Source: Octopus sinensis (Eukaryota). Taken from it: a stretch of 64,000 nucleotides of DNA. The notes beneath the pieces are model-generated. The model was not told the origin of the DNA and searched no databases. It saw nothing but the letters and a program-made list of their open reading frames with translations. Made by a program: the position numbers and the translations under genes. How positions within the stretch are numbered: the first letter of the stretch is position 1; each line of letters starts with the position of its first letter. Where the stretch lies: contig NC_043014.1 in assembly GCF_006345805.1 (NCBI RefSeq), forward strand, positions 49,042,001 through 49,106,000. The letters run 5' to 3'. Shown here in pieces: positions 13,719-26,665 of the stretch.

Positions 13719-14125
13719 ATTTCTTTACTACCCACAAGGGGCTAAACACAGAAGGGACAAACAACGACAGACAAAGGGATTAAGTCGATTATATCGACCC
13801 CAGTGCGTAACTGGTACTTATTTAATCGACCCCGAAAGGATGAAAGGCAAAGTCGACCTCGGCGGAATTTGAACTCAGAACGTAGCGGCAGACGAAATAC
13901 CTATTTCTTTATTACCCACAAGGGGCTAAACATAGAGGGAACAAACAAGGACAGACATAGGTATTAAGTCGATTATATTGACCCCAGTAACTAGTACTTA
14001 ATTTATCGACCCCGAAAGGATGAAAAGCAAAGTCGACCTTGGCGGGATTTGAACTGAGAATGTAAAGACAGACGAAATACCGCTAAGCATTTCGCCCGGC
14101 GTGCTAACGATTCTCCCAGCTCATC
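13719..14125 (-). mobile_element. SINE family B dimer, inverted relative to 13092-13506
   Basis: Reverse complement of the same dimer structure with the same junction. Confidence 0.85.
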
Positions 14126-14740
14126 GCTAAACCATGGAGAATCGTTAGTACGCGGGGCGAAATGCTAGAATGTCCCCCCAACATTGCTTGACAATTGATG
14201 CTGGTGTGTTTACGTCCCCATAACTTAGCGGTTCGGCAAAAGAGACTGATAGAATAAGTACCAGGCTTACAAAGAATAAGTCCTGGGGTTGATTTGCTCG
14301 ACTAAAGGTGGTGCTCCAGCATGGCCACAGTCACATGATTGAAACAAGTAAAAGAGTAAAACTTCTGGACATTCAAAGGAATTCATTCCAAAGATTGAAC
14401 TGAGAATGTAAAGACAGACGAAATACCGCTAGCATTTCGCCCGGCGTGCTAACGATTCTCCCAGCTCATCGCGAAACCATGGAGAATCGTTAGTACGCGG
14501 GGCGGAAATGCTAGAATGTCCCCCCACATTGCTTGACAATTGATGCTGGTGTGTTTACGTCCCCATAACTTAGCGGTTCGGCAAAAGAGACTGATAGAAT
14601 AAGTACCAGGCTTACAAAGAATAAGTCCTGGGGTTGATTTGCTCGACTAAAGGTGGTGCTCCAGCATGGCCACAGTCACATGATTGAAACAAGTAAAAGA
14701 GTAAAACTTCTGGACATTCAAAGGAATTCATTCCAAAGAT
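14049..14740. repeat. 346-bp tandem duplication of SINE debris
   Basis: 14049-14394 is repeated at 14395-14740 with only single-base differences. Confidence 0.9.
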
Positions 14741-15721
14741 GTTCTTGTGGCAAACTACTTCTGAATATCTGCCCCAAATCTTCATTCTCTTTTAGCCTGT
14801 CTGTTATTCCACCTCTTATGTACCTTTTCTGCATGTCAGGCATAGTCACTTCTCAGATGGTAGCAGACTCTTGTCTTCTCTCTTCCTGACTAAAGTGTTA
14901 GTCTATGTAAGGTTTACTTTGAGGTCCCTCAATTCTATGTTTCACTTCATCATCGCTGGTTTAATGCCCACTTTTATATATTTTCATTGGTCAGACAGAA
15001 TTTGTTGAAGCAGATTTTTCTATGGTGGGATGCTCTTCCAGCTACCAACCCTCACAATGCTTTGGTCAGCCAGAGGCTTTAGAAGAAGATACTTGCCTAA
15101 GGTGCTGTGCAGTGGGACTGAACCTGAGACCACATGGTTAAGAAGCAAGCTGGTTGTAATTTCTTTAATTTCTTCAATAGTTTCACCAACTAGAATTAGG
15201 TTATTAACCAACAGATGTCTCCACCTGATGTCTGACTTCTCTTTTAGCTACTTAATAGTGTTCTTTGTTCTCCCATTCCTCTCTTACATTTGTAGCAGGT
15301 AAGATTGATTAGGTACACAATATTATGATATGTCAGTGTCAGCAGTTGTGATGATAAAAATTTGTTGTTATAATGGCATGTTGTAGGATGTGAAAGATGG
15401 ACAATGCATGAAGTTTTAAGGAAGTATTTATTTACTGTTACGTTACAATACCTAGCATTGACAGGCAGGTTATGATAAATCCAAAAGCATGCGAAGTAAA
15501 GTTTGTGTTTGTTTTCTCTTCATTGTTTAGTAGTAATTACAGAAAGAGATAGAATGATGTTGTAAGAGAACAAATTAGAGTTAGTGAGAGATTACGTTGT
15601 TTTACACCATTTTATTCCTTTGGAATAACATCAACGTTGTCTTCGAAACATATGTCGAAAGTAAAAGAATTTGAATAACATCTGCATTTAACTCCAGTTA
15701 TTTATTTATATATATTATACA

Positions 15722-16230
15722 AATCAAATCAAACCAAATCAAAATAGATGGACATCAATGGAATTTGTATCTTTGTGGTACCAGTGCCGGTGGCACATAA
15801 GAAAACCATCCGAACGTGGCCGTAGCCAGTACCGCATCGACTGGCCTCCGTGCTGTGGGCACGTAACAAACACCATCCGATCGTGGCCGTTCGCCAGCCT
15901 CGTCTGGCACCTGTGTCGGTGGCACATAAAAAACACCATCCGAGCGTGGCCGTCTGCCAGCCTCGTCTGGCACCTGTGTCGGTGGCACATAAAAAACACC
16001 ATCCGAGCGTGGCCGTTGCCAGCCTCGTCTGGCACCTGTGTCGGTGGCACATAAAATCACCCACTACACTCACGGAGTGGTTGGCGTTAGGAAGGGCATC
16101 CAGCTGTAGAAACACTGCCAGATCTGACTGGCCTGGTGCAGCCTTCGGGCTCCCCAGACCCCAGTTGAACCGTCCAACCCATGCTAGCATGGAAAGCGGA
16201 CGTTAAACGATGATGATGATGATGATGATG
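15722..16230 (+). mobile_element. Retroposon family D with internal ~62-bp tandem units and RTE-like tail GGCGTTAGGAAGGGCATCCAGCTGTAGAAAC...GTTAAACGATGATG
   Basis: Three tandem CGTCTGGCACCTGTGTCGGTGGCACATAAAA units. Related copies at approximately 153-370, 1155-1430, 16411-16948, 30514-30996, 37686-37958, 40072-40265(-), 44982-45300(-), 51904-52043 and 58221-58427. Confidence 0.8.
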
Positions 16231-16378
16231 TGAAAACATTTCACATCAACCCTGAGTTTCTACCTTTACGAATAGGGTGTTACATCCTTATTACTTGTGT
16301 GATTTTTTGCAGGCCCCTGGTAACTGTTTATTTATTTTTTCCATGTTAATTGTAAACAAGGGAAAATACACACGTCCG

Positions 16379-16414
<36 letters not shown>

Positions 16415-16966
16415 AAATCAAAATCAAATTCGTAGTGGGGTGCAAAGAGCATCATACGAGCATGATTGCTGACAGAGCGGCTAACCAGCTTCCGTGCCAG
16501 TGGCACATAAAAGGCACCATTCGAGTGTGACCGTTACCAGTGTTGCCCTACTGGCACTTGTGCTCGTGCTAGTTGGGTGCCAAGAGCACCATCTGAGTGT
16601 GATCGTTGCCAGAGCGGCTAACTGGCTTCTGTGCCAGTGGCATGTAAAAGGGCACCATTCGAGCGTGATCATTACCAGCGTCACCTTACTGGCACTTGTG
16701 CCGGTGGCATGTGTAAAAAGATTTGAGTGAGGTCATTGCCAGTACCGCCTGACCGGCCCCCATGCTGGTGGCACGTAAAAAGCACCCACTACACTCTCCG
16801 AATGGTTTGTGTTTTGAAGGGCATCCAGCTGTAGAAACTCTGCCAAATCAAGAATGGAGTCTGGCGCAGCCATCTGGTTCGTCAGCCCTCAGTCAAAATC
16901 GTCCAACCCATGCTAGCATGGAAAGCGGACGTTAAACGATGATGATGATATATATATATATATATA

Positions 16967-17016
<50 letters not shown>

Positions 17017-17816
17017 TTACACATAAGGATAAGCGTATTAAAAGGGGTCCATGGGAAAACTCATTTAAATAAAAGGGTTGGGAACCACTGAGCTAGTGTC
17101 TGAGAATATATGATTGGCAAGAGGAAGGTGGCGAGCTGGCAGAAATGTTAGCACACTGGATGAAAAGCTTAGTGGTATTTTGTCTGTCTTTACGTTCTGT
17201 GTTCAAATTCAGCCAAGGTTGACTATGCCTTTCATTCTTTCAGGGTCGATAAATCAAGTACCAGTTGCGTACTAGGGTCGATGTAATCAACTGGCCTCCT
17301 CTCCCAAAATTTCGGGCCCTGTGCCTAGAGTAGAAAAGAATATGATTGGCAGGAGGAGAAAAATGCTATGCTTGATAAGAAGTGATTTTTTAACACAAGG
17401 TAGGAGCAGCATAATTACTGGCCAACCAAGAAACTTTTCCGAGTCCTCTGGACCAGTGCTTCTCAAACTATCTGATGTGTCGTACCCACAGTTTTTTTTT
17501 TCCAATGTGCCAGGGACTGGTAATATTTCTTAGTAATATTAATTTGTACTGAAAACAATATATATAATGATTATAATAAAAGTGGACAAATTTTTATTCT
17601 CTCTTTTTCTTTTATTTTGTTTTTACTCTTTTTTACTTGTTTCAGTCATTTGGCTGTGGCCATGCTGAAGCACTGCCTTTAGTTGACCAAACCGGCCCCA
17701 GGACTTATTCTATCGGTCTCTTTTGCCGAACTGCTAAGTTACAGGGACGTAAACACACCACCATCGGTTGTCGAATGATGTTGGGGAGACAAACACAGGC
17801 ACACAACATACACACG

Positions 17817-17852
<36 letters not shown>

Positions 17853-19049
17853 CATACAACAGGCTTCTTTCAGTTTCTGTCTACTCCCAAATCCACTCAC
17901 AAGGCTTTGGTCTTCCCGAGGCTATAGTAGAAGACACTTGCCCAAGGTGTCACGCAGTGGGAATGAACCCGGAATCTACATAAGCATTTTACAATGTTTC
18001 TTTCTTTCCTGGAAACTCGTAATGTTACCAGCAGCTGATGGCTCGCAGATCACCACCTTGAGTGGCACTGCTCTAAAACAATCAGGCTTGTATTTCCCTT
18101 ACAATTTCTCAATTTATAACCATGAATTTGGTGTGAAGCTATGGGTTTTTCCATTAATCTTAATCCTACACAAATGTGATTGGCTGAAATAGAGATCAAG
18201 ATCACCTGATTGGGACAGTCACCACCAAATATGAAACTTAATATACTGTATCCTTTTCTCCTTATTAAACTGAGAGGTTTCAAATGTTGAATACTGCTAC
18301 AAACCTACATGTTGCTGCTACATGTCATGGAGTTTATATACTCTTTTACTTGTTTCAGTCATTTGACTGCAGCCATGCTGGAGCACCGCCTTTAGTCGAG
18401 CAAATCAACTCCAGGACTTATTTTTTGAATGCCTAGTACTTATTCTATCGGTCTCTTTTGCCGAACCGTTAAGTTACAGGGACGTAGACACACCAGCATC
18501 TGTTGTCAAGCGATGTTGGAGGGGGGACAAACACAGACACACAAACATAAACACACACACATATATATATATATGCATATATACCATGGGCTTCTTTCAG
18601 TTTCCGTCTACTAAATCCACTCACAAGGCTTTGGTCAGGCCGAGGCTATAGCAGAAGACACTTGCCCAAAGTGGCATGCAGTGGGACTGAACCAGGAACC
18701 ATGTGGTTGGTAAGCAAGCTTCTTACCCCACAGCCACTCCATTTTTATGATTATTTTGTGTTTCTGAATTCATCTGTCTCTTAATCTGAGGTCACAGGTC
18801 ATAGGTCACTAATCTATGCTGATTGATACAGCCTTCACCAAAGAAGGATTTAGCATTCACAAGTTGTTTATCCCACTTTCTGGCTTGAATGCTTAGCTGA
18901 CTTAACTAGTTGGTTGTGATCTGGTAACCGGTTGGTTTCTCTCTGAATTCAAAACTTACAGGGAGATAACAGCTTGCTATGATGTTAAAAGTAATTCAGA
19001 TGCATGTTTGGGTGGGTAGTTCCTGCCCAAAATGGAAAACACAGAATGT

Positions 19050-19730
19050 TAAATAATAAATATTTGAATGGACAGTGAACAATGAAAAAATAGCGAACAC
19101 TGAGTAATGTTGAACATCAAACAAAGAGTAAACATTGACAAACAGTAAGTGCTTAATAAACAAATAGTAAACACTTAATGAACAAAAAATATCAAATAAC
19201 AATAAACATTGAACAGCAAGATATTAAACAATCATAAAATATTTATTAAACAGTGAACATAGAACAAACTATAAACATTGATTAGATAGTGAACATAGAA
19301 CAAACTATAAACGTTGATTAGATAGTGAACATAGAACAAACTATAAACGTTGATTAGATAGTAAACCCTGAACAAACAGTAAAAAAAATGAATGAATACT
19401 GAGCATTGAACAACAATAAACATTGAACTGCAATAAACATTGTATAAACAACAATTAAACAGTGGTAATTATTAAACGGATGGTAAACATAGAACAAACA
19501 GCAAATATTAAATGAAAAGTAAGCATTGAACAAACCATAACCACCAAATAGTAAACATTGAACAAACATTAAACAAGCAGTAAACAGTGAACAAATAGTA
19601 TGCATTGACTAGACCAACAGTAAACAAAGAGTAACAGTGAACAAACACTAAACATTGAATAAACAGAGTTATGCAAACAGTAACCGCTAAATAAAACAAC
19701 TGACATTGAACAAACAGTGGGCACTGTTTA
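19050..19730. repeat. Degenerate ~18/36-bp minisatellite (AAACATTGAACAAACAGT)
   Basis: Periodic motif, with a homogeneous 36-bp triplet at ~19251-19365. Confidence 0.8.
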
Positions 19731-19810
19731 AATATTTCAGTCACGTCTCATTTTTTATTTACATTATTTACATTCGACAGATATTTGTCCTCATCTTGTT
19801 TGTTGTTAAC

Positions 19811-20369
19811 AAGTTTAGATGAATGTTCATAGACACAAGAACGAGATTACCAGTGTGTAGTCAATCGTACACGGTAGTTGAAATACTGTATCACGAAGTT
19901 GCGGCTATGATGCTGAGCCAGTTGCAGTACATGTCGTATGCGGTACATGTCGTATGTGAAGTTGTGGCTATGATGCTGCTGCCTGGGTCACTTCGTACAG
20001 GAGTTCTCGCAGAGGCTGTATATTCGCTGTTGATCCATGGTAAAGTAATTCACGGACATTGAGGTATCGGAACTGGGCGAGTTGCTTGTTCAGTTGTGTA
20101 CATAGGGATGATGTTGAGAAGAGGATGGTGGCGATGAAGATGGAGGTTGCTGTTTATTGTTTTTTTTATTCTTTTACTTGTTTCAGTCATTTGACTGCGG
20201 CCATGCTGGAGCACCGCCTTTAATCGAGCAACTCGACTCCGGGACTTATTCTTTGTAAGCCCAGGACTTATTCTATCGGTCTCTTTTGCCGAACTGCTAA
20301 GTGACGGGGACGTAAACACACCAGCATCGGTTGTCAAGCAATGCTAGGGAGACAAACACAGATACACAA

Positions 20370-20400
<31 letters not shown>

Positions 20401-20880
20401 CATATATACGACAGGCTTCTTTCAGTTTCCGTCTACCAAATCCACTCACAAGGCTTTGGTCGGCCCGAGGCTATAGTAGAAGACACTTGCCCAAGATGCC
20501 ACACAGTGGGACTGAACCCAGAACCATGTGGTTGGTAAGCAAGCTACTTACCACACAGCCACTCCTGCGCCTATGCTGTAATGCTGTTGGCTGAAGTTAG
20601 TAAGTCTCAGCATGACTGCTGTGGTGTTGTCGCTGGAATTGGCTGTGTCTTGTGTGGTCAGAGGCTAGACCTTAAAAGGTCTGAAACCAAAGACCTCGAG
20701 ACTAGGAGAAGCTGGGTTTTTATAAGAAGTTGTGGGTTCAAAACTGGGTTGGGAACAGGCTGTCTCACGTGATTTTATTTAGAGGCTCTGATTGGCTATA
20801 CACAGCAAATTGGCGCAAGAGTATGAGACAAATTGCGCCACTACCAACCAATCACAATGGGGTCCAAATAGTGGCCAAAG
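19811..20880 (-). mobile_element. Possible LTR-like remnant interrupted by a SINE
   Basis: GC-richer block; on minus CCAAT boxes, TATAAAA at 20724-20718, then a pyrimidine-rich initiator-like stretch. Confidence 0.35.
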
Positions 20881-21296
20881 ACTAGCTGTTACCTGCTACG
20901 TTTGAATGCACGTATACATAATGAAGGGGAGAGAAGAATTTCACTCGAGTGTACGCTACAAGAGTATCAAATACTTTTAGTGGTGGATATGAAATCCGCA
21001 CCGACAGGGGGGGGACTAGAAATAAATTGCCGAAGCAGATAAATGACGTCATTACGGGAATGACCAAGATATTTAATTACACAGTTAAAAGGTTAATAAA
21101 GACGATAGGGAGCAGTGATAATAATTTCCCAAGCATTTTTGGCGGGAGAGGTGCTAATATTTGAAGGTTTAGAATTACTATCCAAGACAACGTTCCTTAA
21201 AAGAAGAACACTTGACTGCAACAATCACTAGTTCACGAATCCAGTGCTTCCACACTCTCTCCCTGCGGCAATGACGGTATTTTCTTTCCTAAAGAA

Positions 21297-21527
21297 GGCG
21301 GCGAGCTGGCAGAAACGTTAGCATGCCGGGCGAAATGCTTAGCGGTATTTCGTCTGTCGTTACGTTCTGAGTTCAAATTCCGCCGAGGTCGACTTTGCCT
21401 TTCATCCTTTCGGGGTCGATAAATTAAGTACCAGTTACGCACTGGGGTCGATGTAATCGACTTAATACCTATGTCTGTCTTTGTTTGTTCCCTCTATGTT
21501 TAGCTCCTTATGGGTAGTAAAGAAATA
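21297..21527 (+). mobile_element. SINE family B, full length with 18-bp target-site duplication
   Basis: GGTATTTTCTTTCCTAAA at 21276-21293 and 21528-21545. Other copies at approximately 25201-25431(-), 26747-26976, 40886-41116, 41510-41736, 45482-45708, 47537-47762 and 53890-54099; alternative-tail copies at 4357-4545, 17127-17340 and 32749-32961(-). Confidence 0.9.
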
Positions 21528-22043
21528 GGTATTTTCTTTCCTAAAATCTTCTCCCGCAAGGCCCACCTGCATTTTCCCCAACCCCGTCCCATCACTTTTT
21601 GTCTCACCTCCGCGACTTCATCCTAAATACATTACACACTTCTTCATCTCGATAAAGATAAACCTCCGCAATGTTTTTACCGACCTAAAAACTATGCCGG
21701 CCCGCAAAGGTCATAAATACCGCAATTTCAATTGCCTTTTATGAGTTATTGAAAGAAATAGAAAGAAAGAGCGGGGAAATGGTGGGGGAGAAGCGTGGTA
21801 CTTATTTATAACTCGGTGGCTCTGGGACTTTTAAAAGTTAATTATTTTCACTAAGGAGACAGTCATGTGTCCGGAAAACGAACAACAGGGCGACTACAAC
21901 ACTTAAAGCATTGAATACTATAATCCAACTGTATTTATCTTATAAAACAACATTTGAATTTTAACTTGTTTATAGTGTGCAAATGTCTTCATAAGAACAG
22001 AATGTTGCAATCGTCTACGAAAATAGCTTGTGTGTGTGGTGTA

Positions 22044-22100
<57 letters not shown>

Positions 22101-22539
22101 CAGTGTACATTTAAACACATAAGAGATGGCCTCAACAGGACATCTGACTCGCTAGAAAGATTAGTTAAACTACAAACCACTAATAGCAAAGAATTTTTCT
22201 AAATTTTTTTGCTACCCTAAGATTTATTAATTACACACACACATATATATATATATATATAGTTTGTTGTAAAATCTCAAGAAGAGAATTAAAGTTAATC
22301 GCCTCATCAAAGTGGCTGTTCTATGTTAAATTGTCTTGGTGCCTGGGGCTAAATTAGTAGTGACATAGAAACAGCCACTTTGATGTGGCAATTAACTTAA
22401 ATATAATTTGATAAGTGTCAATAAACGAAACTCTCGGGCTCTGAAGAAACTTTGTAACTTCCGCGGATTAAATATTTAATAAAATATTATTTGTATACTC
22501 GAGTTCTATTTTCCTATATGTATAAACTAAAGTTATATA

Positions 22540-23103
22540 ATTGCAGATTAAGGTGCGCGTACGTGGTGTAGCTGATTATTTTTTTACAAGTTTACCTTTT
22601 TACATCAACACCGTTAAAAACTATTCGTTGTTCCGCGATCATTTCTTTTAAAGAATCATCTCTTCTCAGTTATAAGTAAATATCTTCGAACTGACATCGC
22701 CGTGTTGTTCTCTGAATAATTACATATCGTTGAATAAACACCAACTCTGATCTCAATAATATAAGTAATCGCGGAACCCCGCCGTTGTTCTGAATATAAC
22801 AATTAATCATCGCCAATTAATGACTTGACTGATAACGTCACCCCGCGATATAAAGGGCATTCACACTCCTCTTAGCATTTACTCTGTCCTGTCAGGACTT
22901 TAGACCGAGGCGACCTAAATATTTTCTATGTCATTTAACACGTGTTGTTTGGTGACAGATACCCTTCGTGTCGTCGGTCTAGAATTCGACCTCGCATTCT
23001 ATAGAGGCTCTTGAAGTCGATTCAGTTGCAGCAGTTTATAGGATAGGTTCTTGGTTTTATAATTAATCGACGACGATTTTCAGTTCCCAAATAGGAAACA
23101 GAA
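22540..23103 (+). promoter_or_regulatory. Probable SLC25A20 promoter/5' UTR
   Basis: Repeat-free, CpG-retaining stretch directly upstream of the ATG; GATATAAAG TATA-like at ~22847; CACGTG E-box at ~22939. Confidence 0.55.
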
Positions 23104-23199
23104 ATGGCAAAGAAAGTAAGTCCTGCGAAAGATTTCATTGCTGGAGGTTTTGGTGGAATGTGTATCGTTCTTACTGGTCATCCGTTAGATACCATCAAG
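23104..23199 (+). CDS. SLC25A20: Mitochondrial carnitine/acylcarnitine carrier, exon 1 of 9
   Basis: [32 protein letters not shown], donor AAG|GTAAAC; first SLC25 signature PLDTIKVR spans the junction. Confidence 0.96.
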
Positions 23200-24884
23200 G
23201 TAAACCAACTTTTACTTTCGATAACATATTTTTTCACACCAAGTTATTATTTTTTGCCTCTCACACCTAACATTATTACTTTCACCACACTTCCGCCTAG
23301 GTCGACTTTACCTTTCATCCTTTCGGGGGTCAATAAATTAAATACCTGTTGAGTATTGGAGTCGATGTACTCGACTATCCCCCTCCCCCAAATTTCAGGC
23401 CTTGTGCCTATAATAGAAAAGATTATTACTTTCACCACAATCACGAAACTACTATATATATACATGGGGCTTGGCCTTTTACGGATGTGAAACCATTGGT
23501 CACTCTATGACTGGACATATAAATACATTAAACTTAATTGCATATAAATACATTACTGTTCTATGCTTCAAGAGTGTGCAGAAGCATATTTGATACACTG
23601 ACGATATATATAAAAAATGTCGACAATCTTCTCTGTGTATAATAGATATAGAATCTTTATCTTTTGACCGACAGATTTAAAAAATAATTGTTTGTAACTA
23701 AAAGGTAAAGATCCTAGATATATCTTATCCACTCTGCTCAGTTCTATATCCAATAATGTTTGAACTATGCAAAATATATTTTACTACTCTTACATTACGA
23801 TATATATATAACTATACAAGCACAGACTTGTATATACGTATGTATATAAACTGTGTGCAAAATATATAAAGATCTCCATCTGTAACTGTTTCAATACTTC
23901 TGGGTATTTTTTTATAACTTCAGTTACATCTAGGATGCTTTATAGACATATTTAATCAGTTTCCCAAGTACTTGATTGGTACTTTATTTTATCGACCCAC
24001 GGAGCGAAGAAAGGTAAAGTGGATTGGCAGAAAAGGTACATCAGACCAAAATACTTTGCGATGTTTAGTTATGGGCCTTTACGTTTTGAGTTGAAGTCCG
24101 GCTGGGATCGGTTTTGCCTTTCATTTTTCCGGTTTGATTAAATAAAATACCATTCAAATATTGGAGTCAATTCAATATTCTTATAATGCATCCTAGACGA
24201 AATTATAAAAGACGAGGAGAGAAGACAGTCGGGATTTGAACTCAGAGAATTCCACCACTCTGTATATTAATGTCCTTTAAGCAAAGTATAAATCCACAAC
24301 TAGTATTTTCTTTGTCCCTTGATGCCAATAGGGTTAACCATACACCCCACTGATGGCTGCCACTTCTTAGGAGTTGTCAATGATGTAGACATTTGCTCTT
24401 AGCTTCTGTTTAATTCACAGGACTACGAAATAAATTCACATATATCCCACCCCTTTTACTATTCAGCAGGGTCTTTCTCTTTATTTATATAACCATCGTC
24501 ATTATATATAGAAAGCACCCAGTACATTCTGTACAATGGTTTGGCGTTAGGAAGGACATCTAGCCGTAGAAACTACGCCAAAACAGACCATGGTGTCTGG
24601 TGTGAACACTGACCTTATTAGCTCCAGTCAAACTGTCCAACCCATGCCAGCATGGAAAACAGACGTTCAAAGTCGATGATGATATATGCATACACACAAG
24701 CTATTAATTAAACATCAGTTACTCTAAGTTTACTTTCTTAATTAAAGGGTCATTATGCATTCAGCAAACCAGATTTATTTACCTATCATAATCCTTATAA
24801 TATTTAATTAATTGCTAATTAATTAACACTTGAAACTTGGTGTAATTAATGTATAAAGAACAATGTGCATTGTTTTATATATAT

Positions 24885-24915
<31 letters not shown>

Positions 24916-26005
24916 TATATATGTGTGTATATATAATGTAACTTTACTGTTTGTATTGAGAGTGTTGCTTTGCAAATATAATCAAGCCATATGTTTATGT
25001 ACACACACATATACATACATCTCCCCTTTCTCTCTCTCCCTATCTTTCTCTGTATATGTGTGTGTGTGTGTTGTGATTAAAATAAATCCCAACTACCTTT
25101 TGTACCTCTAAGGACCAGAAAGATAACTTTAACTGTAAACCCTCTGTCAACTCATCAACCCCTGAAAATCTGACATAGGAAGGATGGGTAGGATTACTCT
25201 TATTTCTTTACTACCCACAAGGGGCTAAACACAGAGCGGACAAACAAGGACAGACAAACGGATTAAGTCAATTACATCGACCCCAGTGTGTAACTGGTAC
25301 TTAATTTATCGACCCCGAAAGGATGAAAGGCAAAGTCGACCTTGGCGGAATTTGAACTCAGAACGTAACGGCAGACGAAATACCGCTAAGCATTTAACAC
25401 AGCGTTCTAACGTTTCTGCCAGCTCCCCGCCTTACTCTTATCTTAGTCATTAGAAAATATTTTGGTCAAATGAATTGACCCTAGTACTTTTTTTTAAGCC
25501 TGGTACTTATTCTGTCAGTCTCTTTTGCTGAACTGCTAAGTTATGAGGGATGTAAACACACCAACACTGGTTGTCAAGTGGTGATGGTAGTAGACAAATG
25601 CAGACTCAAAAGATGCACACATACACACACATGATCAGCTTCTTTCAGTTTCCGTCTATCATATCCACTCACAAGGCTTTGGTTGGCTTGAGGCTATAGT
25701 ACAAGGCACTTGCTCAAGGTGCCATGCAGTGGGATTGAACCTACCTGGAACCAAGCCATCGAGAAGTAAACTTCTTGCCACACAGCCATGTATGTGTGTG
25801 TGTGTATAGATTGCTAGCCACTACACATTCTTTATTTTCTCTCCTTGTTTCTTTCTGTGGAAGAGCATAGGCTCAAAATGTTAAAGACTTTTTCACTTCC
25901 CGAGCATTAAACTAATACACCTGTTTGTTGTTTATACCACTTGTCTTCGTCTTTTGTGAATTCTTCCCCTATAAATATATATATATATGTATATATATGA
26001 ATTGT

Positions 26006-26314
26006 GGAGGCGCAATGGCCCAGTGGTTAGGGCAGCAGACTTGCGGTTGTAGGATTGTGGTTTCGATTCCCAGACCGGGCGTTGTGAGTGTTTATTGGGT
26101 GAAAACACCTAAAGCTCCACGAGGCTCCGAAAGTGGGTGGTGGCGATCCCTGCTGTACTCTTTTACCACAACTTTCTCTCACTCTTTCTTCTGTTGGCCT
26201 GCTCGCTTAGCCAGCGGGGTGGCGTCATTTGAAGGCTAGAACAATGCGAAGTGCATTGTGACCAGCGATGTATAGCAACATCTGATAGCCTAGTCAGTCA
26301 CGTGATCACGTGAT
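26006..26314 (+). mobile_element. SINE family C, tail type 2
   Basis: Same head and body as 2274 up to ACAACTTTCTCTCACTCTT, then a different tail ending CACGTGATCACGTGAT. Confidence 0.8.
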
Positions 26315-26439
26315 TTATGAATGATTAAAATGCATGTGTGTATAGTGAGAGAACTACTAGTAATATAGAAATATTACATTTCTAAATATCTCAGAGAGAT
26401 ATAAGCAGTGGTGGTATGATAGAGTAGTTGTCTACTGTC

Positions 26440-26665
26440 AACTTAATGTGACAGTCCCATGAAGGGAATACACCACTGCTATTTAGCCCTAGGAAGCATC
26501 AACGCTTCATGTCGGCCTTGACAATTTCCTGTGTCCTTATGTTTACAAGGGGGAGACAAGCACCCTCACCCAGCTAAGCCTGTCAAGGCCAACAGGAAGT
26601 GTTGATGCTTCCTAGGGCTAAATAGTAGTGTTGTGATTCCCTTCATGGGACTGTCACGATAAGTT
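26440..26665. mobile_element. MITE-like hairpin element with ~85-bp arms
   Basis: GTGACAGTCCCATGAAGGGAAT...TTTAGCCCTAGGAAGCATCAAC is mirrored at 26581-26665; related sequence at 22340-22362 and 58475-58590. Confidence 0.75.

Noticed and set aside
15615-15662. GAAACATATGTC, resembling the 3' half of a hammerhead
   Set aside because: No CTGANGA upstream; at best a deleted remnant.
20949-21164. 71-aa ORF in a CpG-rich block starting near ACTAGCTGTTACC
   Set aside because: No recognisable homology or splice signals; may be old transposon debris.
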